From positions 108,688,001 to 108,752,000 of the forward strand of contig NW_024704743.1 in assembly GCF_018977255.1 (NCBI RefSeq): a stretch of DNA of 64,000 nt, read 5' to 3'. Of this stretch, positions 1 to 12,500 are shown piece by piece. Source of the DNA: Callorhinchus milii. Its lineage: Eukaryota. The position numbers and the translations under genes are program-made. The notes under the pieces were generated by a model that saw only the letters and a list, made by a program, of their open reading frames with translations, was not told the DNA's origin and ran no database searches. Each line of letters starts with the position of its first letter. The stretch's first letter is position 1.

Positions 1-933
1 CAGAAACAGGAATTGAGGAGCTTTGTGAGGCAGTGTTCACAAGCAGTTGTAATCAAGTGAGTCTGGATATACCTGGGGAGTTAAAAGATATAATTTAGTC
101 ATTGGGACATTGATGTGCGCAAGATGGCTGCCACGTTAGCTCATAATATACACAGACGTTGCACTTTACAGTATATCCTACTAAGTGCTTTGAGACATCC
201 TCTGCATTATATTAAATGTAAGAATTATTATTATTATTTTATTTATTAAGGGTTACAGTGGGAAGGTGGGACAAGGAAAGGGTTGTGGTACATGAGCTAT
301 GGAACAGTCTGTGGCAGAGTGGGCATGATGGGCTGAAGGTAATTCCTTCCTATGTAGGTCCATGGAAGATGGTGTGAACAATAGTGGAGAATAAAATGGT
401 AGAATATGGTACACAATGTGTGACAGTGAACCTCTCAATGCTAGATAGCAATTCGTGTTGTTAGTTGGTTAGTAAAGGAATATGAACCTCCAGCACATAT
501 TTGGGACCATTTAAAGTAAATTCTGGTTATATTGAAAAATGCAGGATTAAAGTAATCTTTCAATAAAATGGTTGATTTAAAATGCATTTGTGGAATGAAT
601 GAATTTGTAGCTGATTTATATTGATCTTATACTAAAAATGATATAGAAAATTAGGTTGATTGATTTGTACTTGTAGCTGGACAAGTCCAGGCATAGTTTG
701 TGGACTGATTATTTGTTGTCAGATCCACAGAATCTCCTCTGATAGGAAGGGCTAGACATGAGAAAAGACATGTTTCTGTTGTTTGGGTGAACCATAATGT
801 TACTTCCATCTTGGTTTTGTTTTACGCATATGTTTGCAGAGGAAGTTGTTCAGTCATTTTCTCCAAGTCTTCACTATTGCAATTCTATTTTTTTGAACAG
901 TGTCGTTCAGTCAGGAGATGCCAGACTAAAGAT

Positions 934-939
934 TTTATT
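934..939 (-). promoter_or_regulatory. Candidate polyadenylation signal AATAAA for CYP7B1
   Basis: First canonical AATAAA I found on the minus strand after the stop, about 2 kb downstream. ATTAAA variants lie closer (about 2315 and 2005). Confidence 0.25.
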
Positions 940-2320
940 TGTAGCATCATTTAACACAATGCAGCATTTGATATATTTTAAACTGACGACTCCCTTATAT
1001 GACCATTATTGTTAAGCTAATCATTACTGTCCTGGTAACCACAGCATGCTTAAGAATTTCACGGTGCTGTCAAGTTCTGTGCATATGCATCAGGGATTAG
1101 GTTAACATGAGCATAGATCAGTTAGCTGTCCGTAGGCAGCAAAATGCCATCGGAATACAGAAGAACTTCAAATGGATACAATAACTAGCTTAAATTCATG
1201 GTGGTTTGACAATTCACTTAATATCTATTACAGTATAGGTTTTTCAATGAGATGGTTTGAAGTTAGTCAAGTCTCTATTAATACGCAGCAAGGCCAATGG
1301 AAACAAAGACAGACAGGCAGGAATACTAAGAGTGAGAGCAATAGCACAGCAGCAGTCATGGTGGAAAGGAGAGGAGTTATTTGCATGAAGTGACTAAATG
1401 GAGCCAAATTCAGGACGACACGTCTTGGGGTTCAGATGACAACGGCAACTTCTGTTATTTTAGCAATTAGATTGAAGAATTTAATACCTTCACCCTGTCA
1501 TTACAATTGCTCTAAAAATGCAGCAGTAATAGAATAATTTCCCTGGGTTCATATGATGTTCATTATTCTGTAACTTAGCAGAAATTTGATGATATATTTT
1601 CTGACCGAATGCACATTAGATATAGTAATTCCACAATTAGTTGTGGGCAAAAGAAACATGCAGTTAATGTTAGATTTTATCACATCGGAAAATAAACTAA
1701 TGTTAATAGTTTCATTTAAGTAGCCAAAGAATTAAGTGAATTGTCAGTGAGTATCATTCCTAAACATTATGCAAAAATTGCAGTAGTGATAATAGAAGTC
1801 AAGAGAACCAGCAAAAAATTGACAAGAGAAGGGAGTTTCTCCCAATGTCTTGGCCAACAATCCCTCAGATAAAATTACTCATTCACATAATTACTGTTTG
1901 TAGGATATTGTTGTGAGTAGATTGGCTGCTATGATTACTGATAAATACAACAACAACTTGCTCTTATATAGCCCAATCGTCTTTCCCAGTAACCCAGTCC
2001 AGTGTTTAATTACTCTGTGTAAAGAATTGCTTCTTGGTGTCTGTCCATAAATTACTCTTTACAACCCCCCCCCCCATCTTGTCCTGCTGCTATGCAAGCG
2101 GGAACAATGGCTGATTTTCCTCTCCCTAACCTAGGGCACTGGGACAATTCAATTGCTGCCCTTGTGATGTTTGCTTTGAGATGGTCCTCAGCTAACCTGA
2201 CGCAGCCTGCAATTCACATCTGTACACCCCACTTGGACTACCATTGCACCAGGTTTTACCCACTAGCTACGTCCACAAACATAATAGAATTTTTGTCAGC
2301 AGGTTAATTCCCCCTTTAAT

Positions 2321-2836
2321 TTCCAACTCCTCCGTCCATCCAGATCATCCAGAACTCTGCAGCCCATGTCCTCTCCTGTTCCAGGCTCCGTGACCCTGTT
2401 ATCCCCAACCTCGCTCGACTCCACTGGCTTTCCATCACACAGATATAGTTCAAGAGCTTCAAAGCCCTCCATGGCCTTGCTCCCCCCTACCTCTGCAACC
2501 TACTAACCCCCTACCAACCTGTCTGCTCTCTCTACTCAGCGGGCTCCAGCTTGCTTCACGTCCCCAGCCTATTCAGCCCCACCAGCAGGCGGGCCTTCAG
2601 TCACTCTGCCCCACCCCCTGGAACTCAGCCTCACCCCCTCCCTTGCCTCCTTCAAGACCCATACAAAGACCCTCCTCTTCAACCATGCCTTCAGTCACCC
2701 TCCTTGCCCTCATGCCCTCCACCATCCCTGATCTTGACTCTCAGCTCGGGTCCAAAACACTGATTGTCCAGCGACTTGGGACGTCCTTCTGACCCGAAAC
2801 ATGCTATACAAATGTGATTTTGTTGTTTTTGTTGTT
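2321..2836 (+). mobile_element. L2-clade LINE 3' fragment
   Basis: Degenerate LQIIQNSAA...LHWL...FKALHGLAP region, 3' stem-loop and (TTG)n tail; homologous to the 3' end of the 8300-10039 copy. Confidence 0.85.
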
Positions 2837-2968
2837 TTAAAAGTGATTTGAAATTCAAATGATAATCTGATAATCATCCCTCTACCTTGCGTATTTTGTC
2901 AACCCTAAATGTAGTGTAAATGTTTTTTTTGTCTACGTTAAGCATAGTATTTTGTTAACGCAAACGTT

Positions 2969-3271
2969 TCAAATTTTTCTTCCCTGGCGAAGTCTATAGC
3001 GGAAACAGACTTCAGAGTTTGGGTGTAAAATGCCAAGGCCTGCACGGTTAATATCCTGTTTGATTAGCTTTTCTTCTTTGACAATTTCTATGTCAAAGAT
3101 ACCCAGGATTAAAGTGATAAATATTTTTATCTCATTGATTGCAAAATATCTCCCGGGACACATGCTGGATCCAGAACCAAAGGGCATCAAATAATAACGA
3201 AGCTTCTTGTCTCCTTTGTAAAAAGTGGTCTTCTCTTTCCCATTCTCCATAAACCGGTCAAATTTATACAC
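2969..3271 (-). CDS. CYP7B1: CYP7B1 terminal coding exon 6 (heme-binding Cys), stop TGA
   Basis: tgtttctag|GTG TAT AAA. Translates [49 protein letters not shown]...RQGRKI*, with the FxxGxxxCxG heme motif. Confidence 0.96.
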   Translation of the reverse strand: MYKFDRFMENGKEKTTFYKGDKKLRYYLMPFGSGSSMCPGRYFAINEIKIFITLILGIFDIEIVKEEKLIKQDINRAGLGILHPNSEVCFRYRLRQGRKI

Positions 3272-4749
3272 CTAGAAACAAGTAAAATAGAAATGCAATC
3301 AGTTATACAGCAAGAAATTCATGGCCAGAGAGTGAATTATAATTACAAATGAAGATAAAAAATTTGCATTTATATAGCACCCTTCACATAGGGCAACATC
3401 TCAAAGCACTATACAAGGACAGAGTTAGACACCAAGCAAGGGTCAGGAGCAAATGGGGGAGAGGGGAGGAGGCCATCTCTGAGATAAGGTACCTGAGGAA
3501 TCTAGATATTGTCTTGTATTTGTTGGTAACAAAAAAGATTTGAACATGTATTCATCCACTGCACTCTTTTTCATGGATAGAATTAATTATTTATCTTTAT
3601 TGGTGCTGCAAATAACTCTTTATTTACATCAAATGGGAAGGTACAAATCATGTTGTAATAATAATAATCCTTGCATTGGACACCTTTCACGTCAGAAAAA
3701 GTTCTCAAAGTACTTCACAGGATTTACTGTTAAATGTAGTAACTTTTGTATGTTGCTATTGAATGTATATAGTGCAGATAACAGATGGTAGGCAGTTAAC
3801 AAGCAGTGCCCACTGTACTCCACTAATATTGTATCGTACCAGAGACACCAATTACTCTCTGCTGTGAAAAAACGATGCACAGCATTGAATGAAAAAATAG
3901 GTTATTGTTCCCATTGATAATGGAAAGATGGCAACATTACTATAGAGCAATGAAGGCATTATTTCTCCATTGATTGCCTGAAATGGAATATTACTGTATC
4001 CAATAATTTCTAAACCTGATGCCAATATTCATCCTTTGATACCTGGCCCAGGCATCCAATCCTTCTATGAAAGGAATACTGACAGCACTTCAGATTCCTG
4101 AAAGACAGTCCATTTTCATATTGTGTTGACTCACATCAGGCTTGACTTCTGCGTGTTCCGGTGCTAATGCTACTTTTGATGTTTAAAAGCAGCCATTGCA
4201 ACATGCGAATCAGCTTGCTGAACTAAAGCCCAGCTGGGAGTATTCTGGTTGCCAGGTGGTAGTTAGTGCTGGTGGGAGGTTTGTGAAGAAGAGAAATAGA
4301 ATCTCTAACTAAATAAATGCACTTGATTTAAATAGAAATACTCAACTCTTTCCCCTGATCCTTTTTTTATTACAGTAAAAACAGGAGGAGCAATTATATT
4401 CAGGAAATAATGTTTATGCGGGTAGAGATTTTAGACTTTATTCTGCCTCAGCTCTGGGTCCCACTGAGTCATACATTGGAAAGTGATCTGTAGACAAACT
4501 ACTGCTAGTGCCACTGAGCAAACTGACTGATGGGATGTGCAGTGGAGTCGCCAAGGATGGCCTGCCTGCAGATTCTCACTCCCTTCCTACACAGGGACCC
4601 TAGCCTCGATTTTCTGCCTCCCTTTGATGAGCTGAAATTGGGAACTTACCCTGCATTCCTGCACTCATTGCTAGTGGATATTGGTATGCCAGAATGGGAC
4701 ACTATCTCTGGTGTGACAGAGGGCTTCTCCAATGACTCTGAGGCCTGGT

Positions 4750-4990
4750 GAGCCATACAGACCTGCCTGCTTTCAGATTTCTTCTCTGCTCTGAGTTAAC
4801 CTGATCTCATGCACAGCAGCAATAATGGCACTATTGACCTCAATGTCCCTCCACCTATTCACCATCCAATGACACTAGTTGTAACATGCACGTGTGGAGA
4901 TATGGAGATATCAGATAAATAAAATATTGGGCCTGACAGTGCCACTCCACGATAGAATAGCTTGTCGAGACTCATTTAGAATAATTACCA
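4750..4990 (+). repeat. Old unclassified interspersed repeat (related copies near 2085-2270 and 16640-16950 on the minus strand)
   Basis: Shared degenerate motifs (ctgagttaac/gctgatctca, gcacgtgtgg, gactca) seen by eye in three places. Confidence 0.45.
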
Positions 4991-6624
4991 ATTGTGTAAG
5001 GTACCCAAAATGACAAAGAGATGGAAAATGGAAGAGTTTTTATTATTATTATTAGCAGTTGATAATTCTCTCAGCTTTGAGTCAGGTTGTGGGTTGTAGG
5101 TTTAAATGATGCATTATTTTTGTGTGTATGTATATATATAGTCAGTCTATAATATGTTCCACAAACAGCAATGAAATGAATGACCAATTTTATCTGGAAA
5201 ATTATTGGCCAGGACATCAGGAGAAACTGTCTTCTCTTTAAATCGTGCCAAGCGATCTTTAACATTCACCTGAACAGGCAGATAGGACCTTGTTTTAACA
5301 TCTCATTCAGTGTATTCTGTGAAGCGCTTTGGGATGTCCTCCTGACATGAAAAGCGCTATATCAAATGCAAGGATTATTATTATTATTATAATGGACAGA
5401 ACCTCCAACGATACCGCGCATTCCCAGTACTTCATCAGGGTGTCCTCTTAAGACTACAAGTTCAGAGTCGTAACGTGGAGTTTAAATCTACAATCCACAA
5501 CCCGACTCAAACATGAGAGTATTATCAACTGACACTTAACTATTTCCTGTCCCCCACCTTTTGAATAACACTGTACTGTAAAAGAATGAACAAGTAATGG
5601 GAAAAAGCCCTTATTTATTGCTCAGTTTACACATCAATCTGACAAGCTTCACAGAAACATCTTCACAAATTCACTCATTGATGATATCTGTCAAAAATAA
5701 TATTCTATTAATAAATAATAATCCTCGCATTTGATATAGTGCTTTACACGTTGGGAGGATGTTTTAAACATTACTGTGCACAAATTGGATTACACTTTAT
5801 AGGATTTGCATATTTTGCAGGTAAATGCAGTAGCCAATTTGTGCAAAACAACATCGCACAAACTACAAGAAGCGAATGATCAATTTTATTTGAGGAATTG
5901 CTGGCCAGTGCACTGAAATAAACACTCATTTGGCCAGGAATCTAATTATTTTTTGTAACCATTTCAGAAATCCAATCCTATTAAATAGCATGTCTGCAGA
6001 CTCTAATTATGGAGGACAAAGTGGTGATGTATGACTTGTGTAACAATTCAGCAATCAACGTGTTAATGCCTCTTCCATGACCCCAGAATACAATATGAAC
6101 ACAGGCCTTGGTTTGTTCTGAAATTAAATGTACTATAACAGTGTACACGAGGTCCTTGAGAAAGTTTTGAATAAAATTGCTTCACAAGTAAAATGAGTAT
6201 ATGAGTTTGAATATCTATGTTTTCAACAATAATTTTCTTCCCGCCATTACCACTGTCCTAGAACAGTGTCAAAATTAGCTTCAGTAGCTGGGGTAATGTT
6301 ATTTCAATCCTTAGTCATTTTTAAGCCATTAATATGTACGATATGCATTATTACAATTCTATAAATTGATGGGAAAAAATTAGCAAGACTACATTGCAGC
6401 ACTTGATGATTGGTGGCAGTATTCTCCAGTTGAAATATCATAATGATATTACAGTATGACCTACTGCTGCCATTTCACGAGGACTCGATGATATCAGCAT
6501 CAGATCAAGTAGATTACACAATTAGTATTTACTGTTGCCAGACACTTTTTTTTGAAAAAACATAATACAGGAGACTTTTGGAAGGTGAATAAGGATTTGT
6601 TTAGACACCAGAGCATGGTTTCGG

Positions 6625-6935
6625 CCTAGCTAAGTTGGTAGCACTTTAATTTCTGAGTCAGAAGTTGTGGTTCAAGCCTCACTTGGGGGCTTTGAACTCA
6701 TGTAGTCTGGGCTGACACTCCAGTACAGCAATGCGAGAAGTGCTGTATTGTTGGAGGTGCCGTACTATGGATGAGACGTTAAACCCAGATCCCATCTGCC
6801 TGTTCAGGTGGATGTTAAAGATTCCATGACACTTTTCATAGAGCAAAGGGAGGTTGTCTTGATATCACAGTGAATGCCCTGATGTGCTTTGAGACATCTC
6901 GATGACATGATGAGGTGCTATATAATAATAATGAT
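6625..6935 (+). mobile_element. Older tRNA-head SINE with Deu-domain-like core
   Basis: A/B-box-like head (tagctaagttggtagc...ggttcaagcc), then ggaggtgccg...gatgagacgttaaacccag...gttcaggtggatgttaaagattccatg, resembling the DeuSINE (AmnSINE/SacSINE) core; L2-type tail. Confidence 0.7.
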
Positions 6936-7522
6936 AATCCCTTCATTTGATATAGCGCTTTATCACGTCTTCTAGACTCACAGAATATACTGTAAAGGGA
7001 ATTGACTATATGTTTTGTGGGCGAAACGCGACAGCCAATTGTGCACATCAGTGTCTCACAAACAGTTGTGCAAGGATCAAATGCAAGGATTATAATAATA
7101 ATATCATGTAATCCCATCAGGTTTCCTATCTGCCATACATGGAGTATGGAACTTATTCCTTGTATGTGAAATAATAATCTGACTGGAATGATTGGCAGCT
7201 TGAAAACCAACTAAATAGTTGTGCACTCACCCTCAGTTGTGGGGCAGTGTCTACTGTAACCATAACAACCTTCTCATCAGTACCAACCCCAAGGAGCTCT
7301 GTGCAACAACAATACAAACGAACGCTAGTAACAAACAACTGAGACACCAAACAGTTATAGAAAGAAGAACAAGTCTGCACAAAAGTTGCTTCAGTAAAGG
7401 AGAACCAAAGTATCTTCCCCAGCAAGACCTTGTTCTACTTATTGGAATGTACAATAAGCTTAGTCATCAAAACTAAGCAGTAGCACAAAGCACCACAAGT
7501 CTGCCTCATTATTTCAGGCCAA

Positions 7523-7838
7523 GTGGAGTCCTGTAGCTCAGTGGTTAGAGCACTCGCTTTGCAAGCGAGACACCTGGGTTCAATTCCAGGCAGGGCGAAA
7601 CCTTGGGCAAGTTTCCTTACTCCACACACCTAATAATAATCCCTCCAAAACAAAACAATTAATAAATTGGTCATTTTCAATCCACAACTGTTTGTGGGAC
7701 ACTGCTGTGCGCAATTGGCTGCCGCGTTTCGCCCACAAATATACGGTCAATTCACTTTACAGTCTATTCTGTGAAGCGCTTTGAGACGTCGAGAAGACAT
7801 GAAAGCGCTATATCAAATGAAAGGATTATTATTATTAT
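7523..7838 (+). mobile_element. Young tRNA(Ala)-like SINE, full length
   Basis: Head GGAGTCCTGTAGCTCAGTGGTTAGAGC...GGTTCAATTCC, L2-like stem-loop and (TTA)n tail; near-identical copies elsewhere in the window. Confidence 0.9.
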
Positions 7839-7921
7839 AAAACAACTGGCATTTGGTTTTAAGTAAAAGTTAAGCACACTGATCATACATATTTATAGAT
7901 GTGATGTTACATATTCAGTTT

Positions 7922-8056
7922 ATTGGCTGCCGCGTTCGCCCACAAATGTACAGTCAATTCACTTTACAGTGTGTTCTGTGAAGCGCTTTGGGACGTCCTC
8001 CCGACGTGAAAAGCGCTATATCAAATGCAAGGATTATTATTATTATTATTATTATT
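7922..8056 (+). mobile_element. 5'-truncated young SINE
   Basis: 3' half of the same SINE, with (TTA)n tail. Confidence 0.85.
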
Positions 8057-8299
8057 TCTTTTGTGAAATAGATATTTTAATTTGCTCCTTACTTTCCCAA
8101 TCCTGAGATTCCTCGTTATCTTCACAGGTGTAATAAAGAAGGTGGTCAACAAGCCCTTATTGGAATCCTGCACATAATTCACCCTAGCATTCGAATGATA
8201 TTCATAACCTGAGAGTGTTAGCAGCTCCATCACAATCTCCTCAAATAAACAGGCTTACATTCCGCGGTTTTGATTTTCTAGCTATATAATTGCAAATTG

Positions 8300-10039
8300 T
8301 TGTGCTCCCCATCACACCCCGGCCCCTACCCATCCCTCCCTCCACACCTTCAAACCTGTCTCCCAAAAATCTCTCATCACCACCATAACCTACATGAAAC
8401 CGACCACCTGCTGCCTTGACCCCATCGCTATCCCTTTCTTCACCTTCTAGCTCCACCTCCTTGCCCCCTACGCACCGATATCATAAACCTCTCCCTGTCC
8501 ACTGGCTCCATTCCCACCCCTCTAAAAATATCCGTCATCACTACTATCCTTAAAAAACCCTCCCTGGGCCCATCCGTGCTCTCAAACTACCGTCCCATCT
8601 CCAACCTCCCTTTCCTTTCCAAGGACCTGGAATGAGTTGTTACTTTGTTGCGTCCTTCCTCTCCCCCCACTCCCTTCACGAACCACTCCAATCGGATTTC
8701 TGTGTCACTCACAGCACAGAAACAGCTTTGGTCAAAGTGAGAAATTATATTTTGTCCATCTGCGACCAGGGCTCCCTCTGCCTCCTCGTCCTCTTTGACC
8801 TCTCTGCTGCCTTCGACACCGTTGACCACTCTATTCTCATTCACCGCCTCTCCTCTCACCTCAACCTTCATAGCTCTGTCCATGAATGGTTTAGACCCTA
8901 CCTCTCACACCGTCTCCACTTTATGCCTACAAATGGCTTCTCCTCTAGCCCCCACACCGTCTCGTGCGGAGTTCCTCAGGGCTTTGTCCTTGATCCAATC
9001 CTTTTCAATAGCTATATGCTCCCTTTCGGTGACATCATCCACAGACATGGGGTCAACTTCCACATGTATGTGGATGATACCCAACTCTATCTCTCTGCCT
9101 CCACCCTTGACTTCAGGACCACTGCTGTCCTGACAGAATGTCTGTCAGACATCAAGTCCTGGATGAGAGCTAACTTTCTACAGTTGAATGTCAACAGGAC
9201 TGAGGATCTCCTGATTGGCTCCCGTCAGCGCCTCCACACCTCAGGCACTGACGGCATCATCACCCAAGGATGCACACTCCACCTTACTAAGCCAGTCTGG
9301 AACTTGACGTCTTGTTTGACCCTCAACTATCCTTTCTGCCCCATGTCTGTGCCATGTCCCACTCTGCCTTCCCCCACCTCTGTAACATCGCCTGGGTCTG
9401 CCACTGTCTCACACCGCAGGCCACCAAGCCCCTCATACACGCATTCATAACAGCCAGGCTTGTCTACGCAAACTCCCTGCTTGTCAGCCTCCCCAACTCC
9501 TCCCTCCATAGGCTGCAGATAATCCAGAACTCTGTAGCCCGCATCCTCTCCCGCACCAGGCTCCACGACCCTATCACCCCCATCCTCCCCCAACTCCACT
9601 GGCTTCCCATCACACAGAGGATCCAGTTCAAGATCCTTGTCCTCATCTTCAAAGCCCTCCACGGCCTTGCTCCCCACTACCTCTGCGACCTTCTAACCAT
9701 ATACCAACCTGCCCGCTCCCTCCGCTCAGCAGCCTCTGGCCTGCTTCACTTTCCCCACCTTGCCCTCCCCACCATTGGCAGATGGGCCTTCTGCCACTTT
9801 GCCCCCACCCTCTGGAACTCCTTCCCGTAGTCCTTCCACCTCGCCCCCTCCCTAGTCTCCTTCAAGATTCGTCTCAACACGCTCCTCTTTGACCATGCCT
9901 TCGATCACCCTCATTCCCCCCCTGCTCTCCACCCTCCCCAATCCTGACCCCCTGCTCAGGTACGAAACATTGATTGTCCAGCATCTTGGGACGTCATGCC
10001 GACATGAAAGGTGCTATACAAATGTAATTTTGTTGTTGT
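8300..10039 (+). mobile_element. L2-clade LINE, 5'-truncated, frameshifted reverse transcriptase
   Basis: ORFs 8632..9450 and 9312..9830 show HSTETALVKV, DLSAAFDTVDH, GVPQGFVLDPILF, YVDDTQLY and LHWLPI; (TTG)n tail. Confidence 0.93.
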
Positions 10040-11848
10040 ACTGACTTCCCTTGTACCTGGATTGAGTTTTAAGACCGTTGTCTTAAAATATATGGAGCCT
10101 TTCAAGTAGCAAGAATGTCTCAAAAGCTTTACAATTTGAGAGCTCAATCTAGGAGGAAGAGGTAGAACGGAGCCTAGGAAAAGATACGGCTGTACAACCT
10201 GGATAATGTGGAGCTTGTGGAGGGTGGAGTTGTGGAGGTGGGCAAGCAGAGTGTTGGAGAATTCAAGTTTGGAGATGGAAGATGCCAGACTTGGTGACCG
10301 AGCCCATAAGAAAGGATTGAAGGAGGGATCTCACTTCAGCTTCCAAATTAAGACTTGATTTAAGAATCTTCCAAAATTCTGTACGATCTTAAATTTTAAG
10401 GTAAAGAGTCATCAACGCCAAGAGGCATTTTGAGCCTTAATACTGAGGCTGATTTGATTTGGCTCCGAAGCAATCATACTTCAAGTCTTCAGCTACTGAG
10501 TGAGTTTCCAGAGTGATGTCATTTTTGGGTAAAGATGATGTCATGAACAGCTAGCGCAAAACTAGAGTGTTAACAGCCACTGGGCAGGCCCAGAGATTGG
10601 ATTCAAACCCTTATCTCAGACTCGGTTGTCTTTGTTCTTATACATCTGTGTGATTTGGGTTGTTTTTCACTGAGAGTGAAATGGAGAACTTTGAGTTCAA
10701 TTCAGGGTTTCTTCTATATGCTCATTGTCTACACAGAACACCTCAGTCAACACACACACATGCACACCTGGCAACAGAATCCGGGTTCTTGAGGCATTAC
10801 AAGATTCACCAAATCGTATTAATGCCTCGTGACATCAACTAAAGCTTATTAACTAGCTGTATCGGGTAGTAGTTGACCAAGATTTAGCGTGCTCAGTACA
10901 TGATGTAGCAAATTGAATGCTAACCAGATGTGTCACAAAGCACATTTTGTGGAGGCGAGATCAAAACTTTTGTCCTGAAGAAATATATAGACTGTCAATT
11001 AATACAACTGACTGAATTTAAGGTATTCATATATATGTGTACATGGGGAAGGTCATGAGCAGAGAGAGAAAAAAAGGCAGCGGTCGTAGCTGCTGCTAAA
11101 ATGCTCATTCCCCCCTTTCCAACTTCAGCTCATAATTTAGTGTTAATGCTGGTGCCAGCAACAATTCACTAAATGCAGTGCAGAATCTGATTGCATTTCA
11201 TTTGCATGCAGGTGGCGAACCTCTGAAGCCGCATTAAGGCTGAGCCAGGGTGGATTAATTTGCAGTCTTTGATATTCATTAACTCTGGCTTCAGAAAAAA
11301 TACAACGAGATGACACAATTACCCTCAGAGCGTCAGTGCAGAGTAACAGCTTCACAATCTCAAGTTCACACCACTGTATCAATTGATCAAGAAAGGGGAG
11401 AATCCCTATGAAGTGATGTGAAGCAACATACGTCTGAAGCAGGGCAGAGCTATTACAAGAATTTTTGGAGTCAATGATGCCTTGGCAACATTACCTAAAT
11501 GGTGCACCTTATTTGTTACTGAGGCAGTGCTTTATTCTTTTGGTTATCAAGTGATCCATTACCAGACAAAGCCTGGCTTCCTTGACTTCAAGCCAATCAA
11601 TTCACAGTTTAATGTTAATCGTTTTCAAAGGAGCATCACTTAATCTCATTTCCATCTCCTCTATTGAGACACCACATTCAATGACCTGTAGACCCTTAGC
11701 CACACTCTATACAAAAAGCAGATTTTTTTGTGTGTGTGTGTGTGTGTACACGCACAGGAAAGTGCAACAGCAGCACTGGCACAAAAGGTCTGCTTGTAAC
11801 CGAATCCCTGCAGGATTGAGCAAGTAGCGAATGCAACACAATACATAC

Positions 11849-12027
11849 CTCAGGATGATTGTAAATCTCTGGGTCCATGTGTACTAATGGGGGATAAATG
11901 GCTACACAATCCCCTTTTCTCAATTGGATTCTCCTGTCCTCTTGAAACTTCAAAGTGAAATCCTCTTGACTTACTCGGATGTTCATAGAGGCACTGCAGA
12001 AGCGAAAGGTCTCATTTATGGCACTTC
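11849..12027 (-). CDS. CYP7B1: CYP7B1 coding exon 5 (179 bp, K-helix ExxR)
   Basis: gcctgtag|GA AGT GCC ... CCT GAG|gtatgt. Translates GSAINETFRFCSASMNIRVSQEDFTLKFQEDRRIQLRKGDCVAIYPPLVHMDPEIYNHPE; phase 1 to 0. Confidence 0.95.
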
Positions 12028-12214
12028 CTACAGGCATGCAGTAATAGGAATGGACAAAGAAAAAGAAGGTAGAGAGAGAGAGAGAAAACAAAAAGTTACA
12101 ATGAAATTAAAAATGATCCTCTTTCAGACTGTCATTCGGTGTAAACATCTGTATAAATTATTCTAGAAACCCAAATTCCTGAAAAAGAAAACAAGTCTGA
12201 TTCTGATCACATCA

Positions 12215-12500
12215 TGATAATAAGAATAATCCTTGCATATTGAGAGGAGGGTTCAAAGCACTTTACAGGATTTAAGATGAAGTACAGTGACTGTATTTTG
12301 TAGACAAATGCGGTAGCCAATTTTCGTACAATAATGGCCACAAATAACCATGAAGTAAATGACCAACTGTATCTCTTTTTGAATAGTGCCAGGGTTGCAT
12401 TGGAGCTCCACAAACTGTGTGAATTTGAAGTCTTGATGTGGATACTTGAATCCACAATTTTCTGATTCAGAGGAGAGCATGCTACCAACTGATCCAGGCT
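12215..12500 (-). mobile_element. Degenerate older SINE
   Basis: Reverse tail aataatccttgcat, body homologous to the other SINEs, degenerate tRNA-like head near 12450-12500. Confidence 0.6.

Noticed and set aside
7523..7600. Genuine tRNA-Ala genes (also near 18710, 39640, 56506 and 61970)
   Set aside because: Each head runs into a common SINE body and (TTA)n tail, has a 1:72 mismatch and T-stem bulge, and lacks a nearby Pol III terminator.
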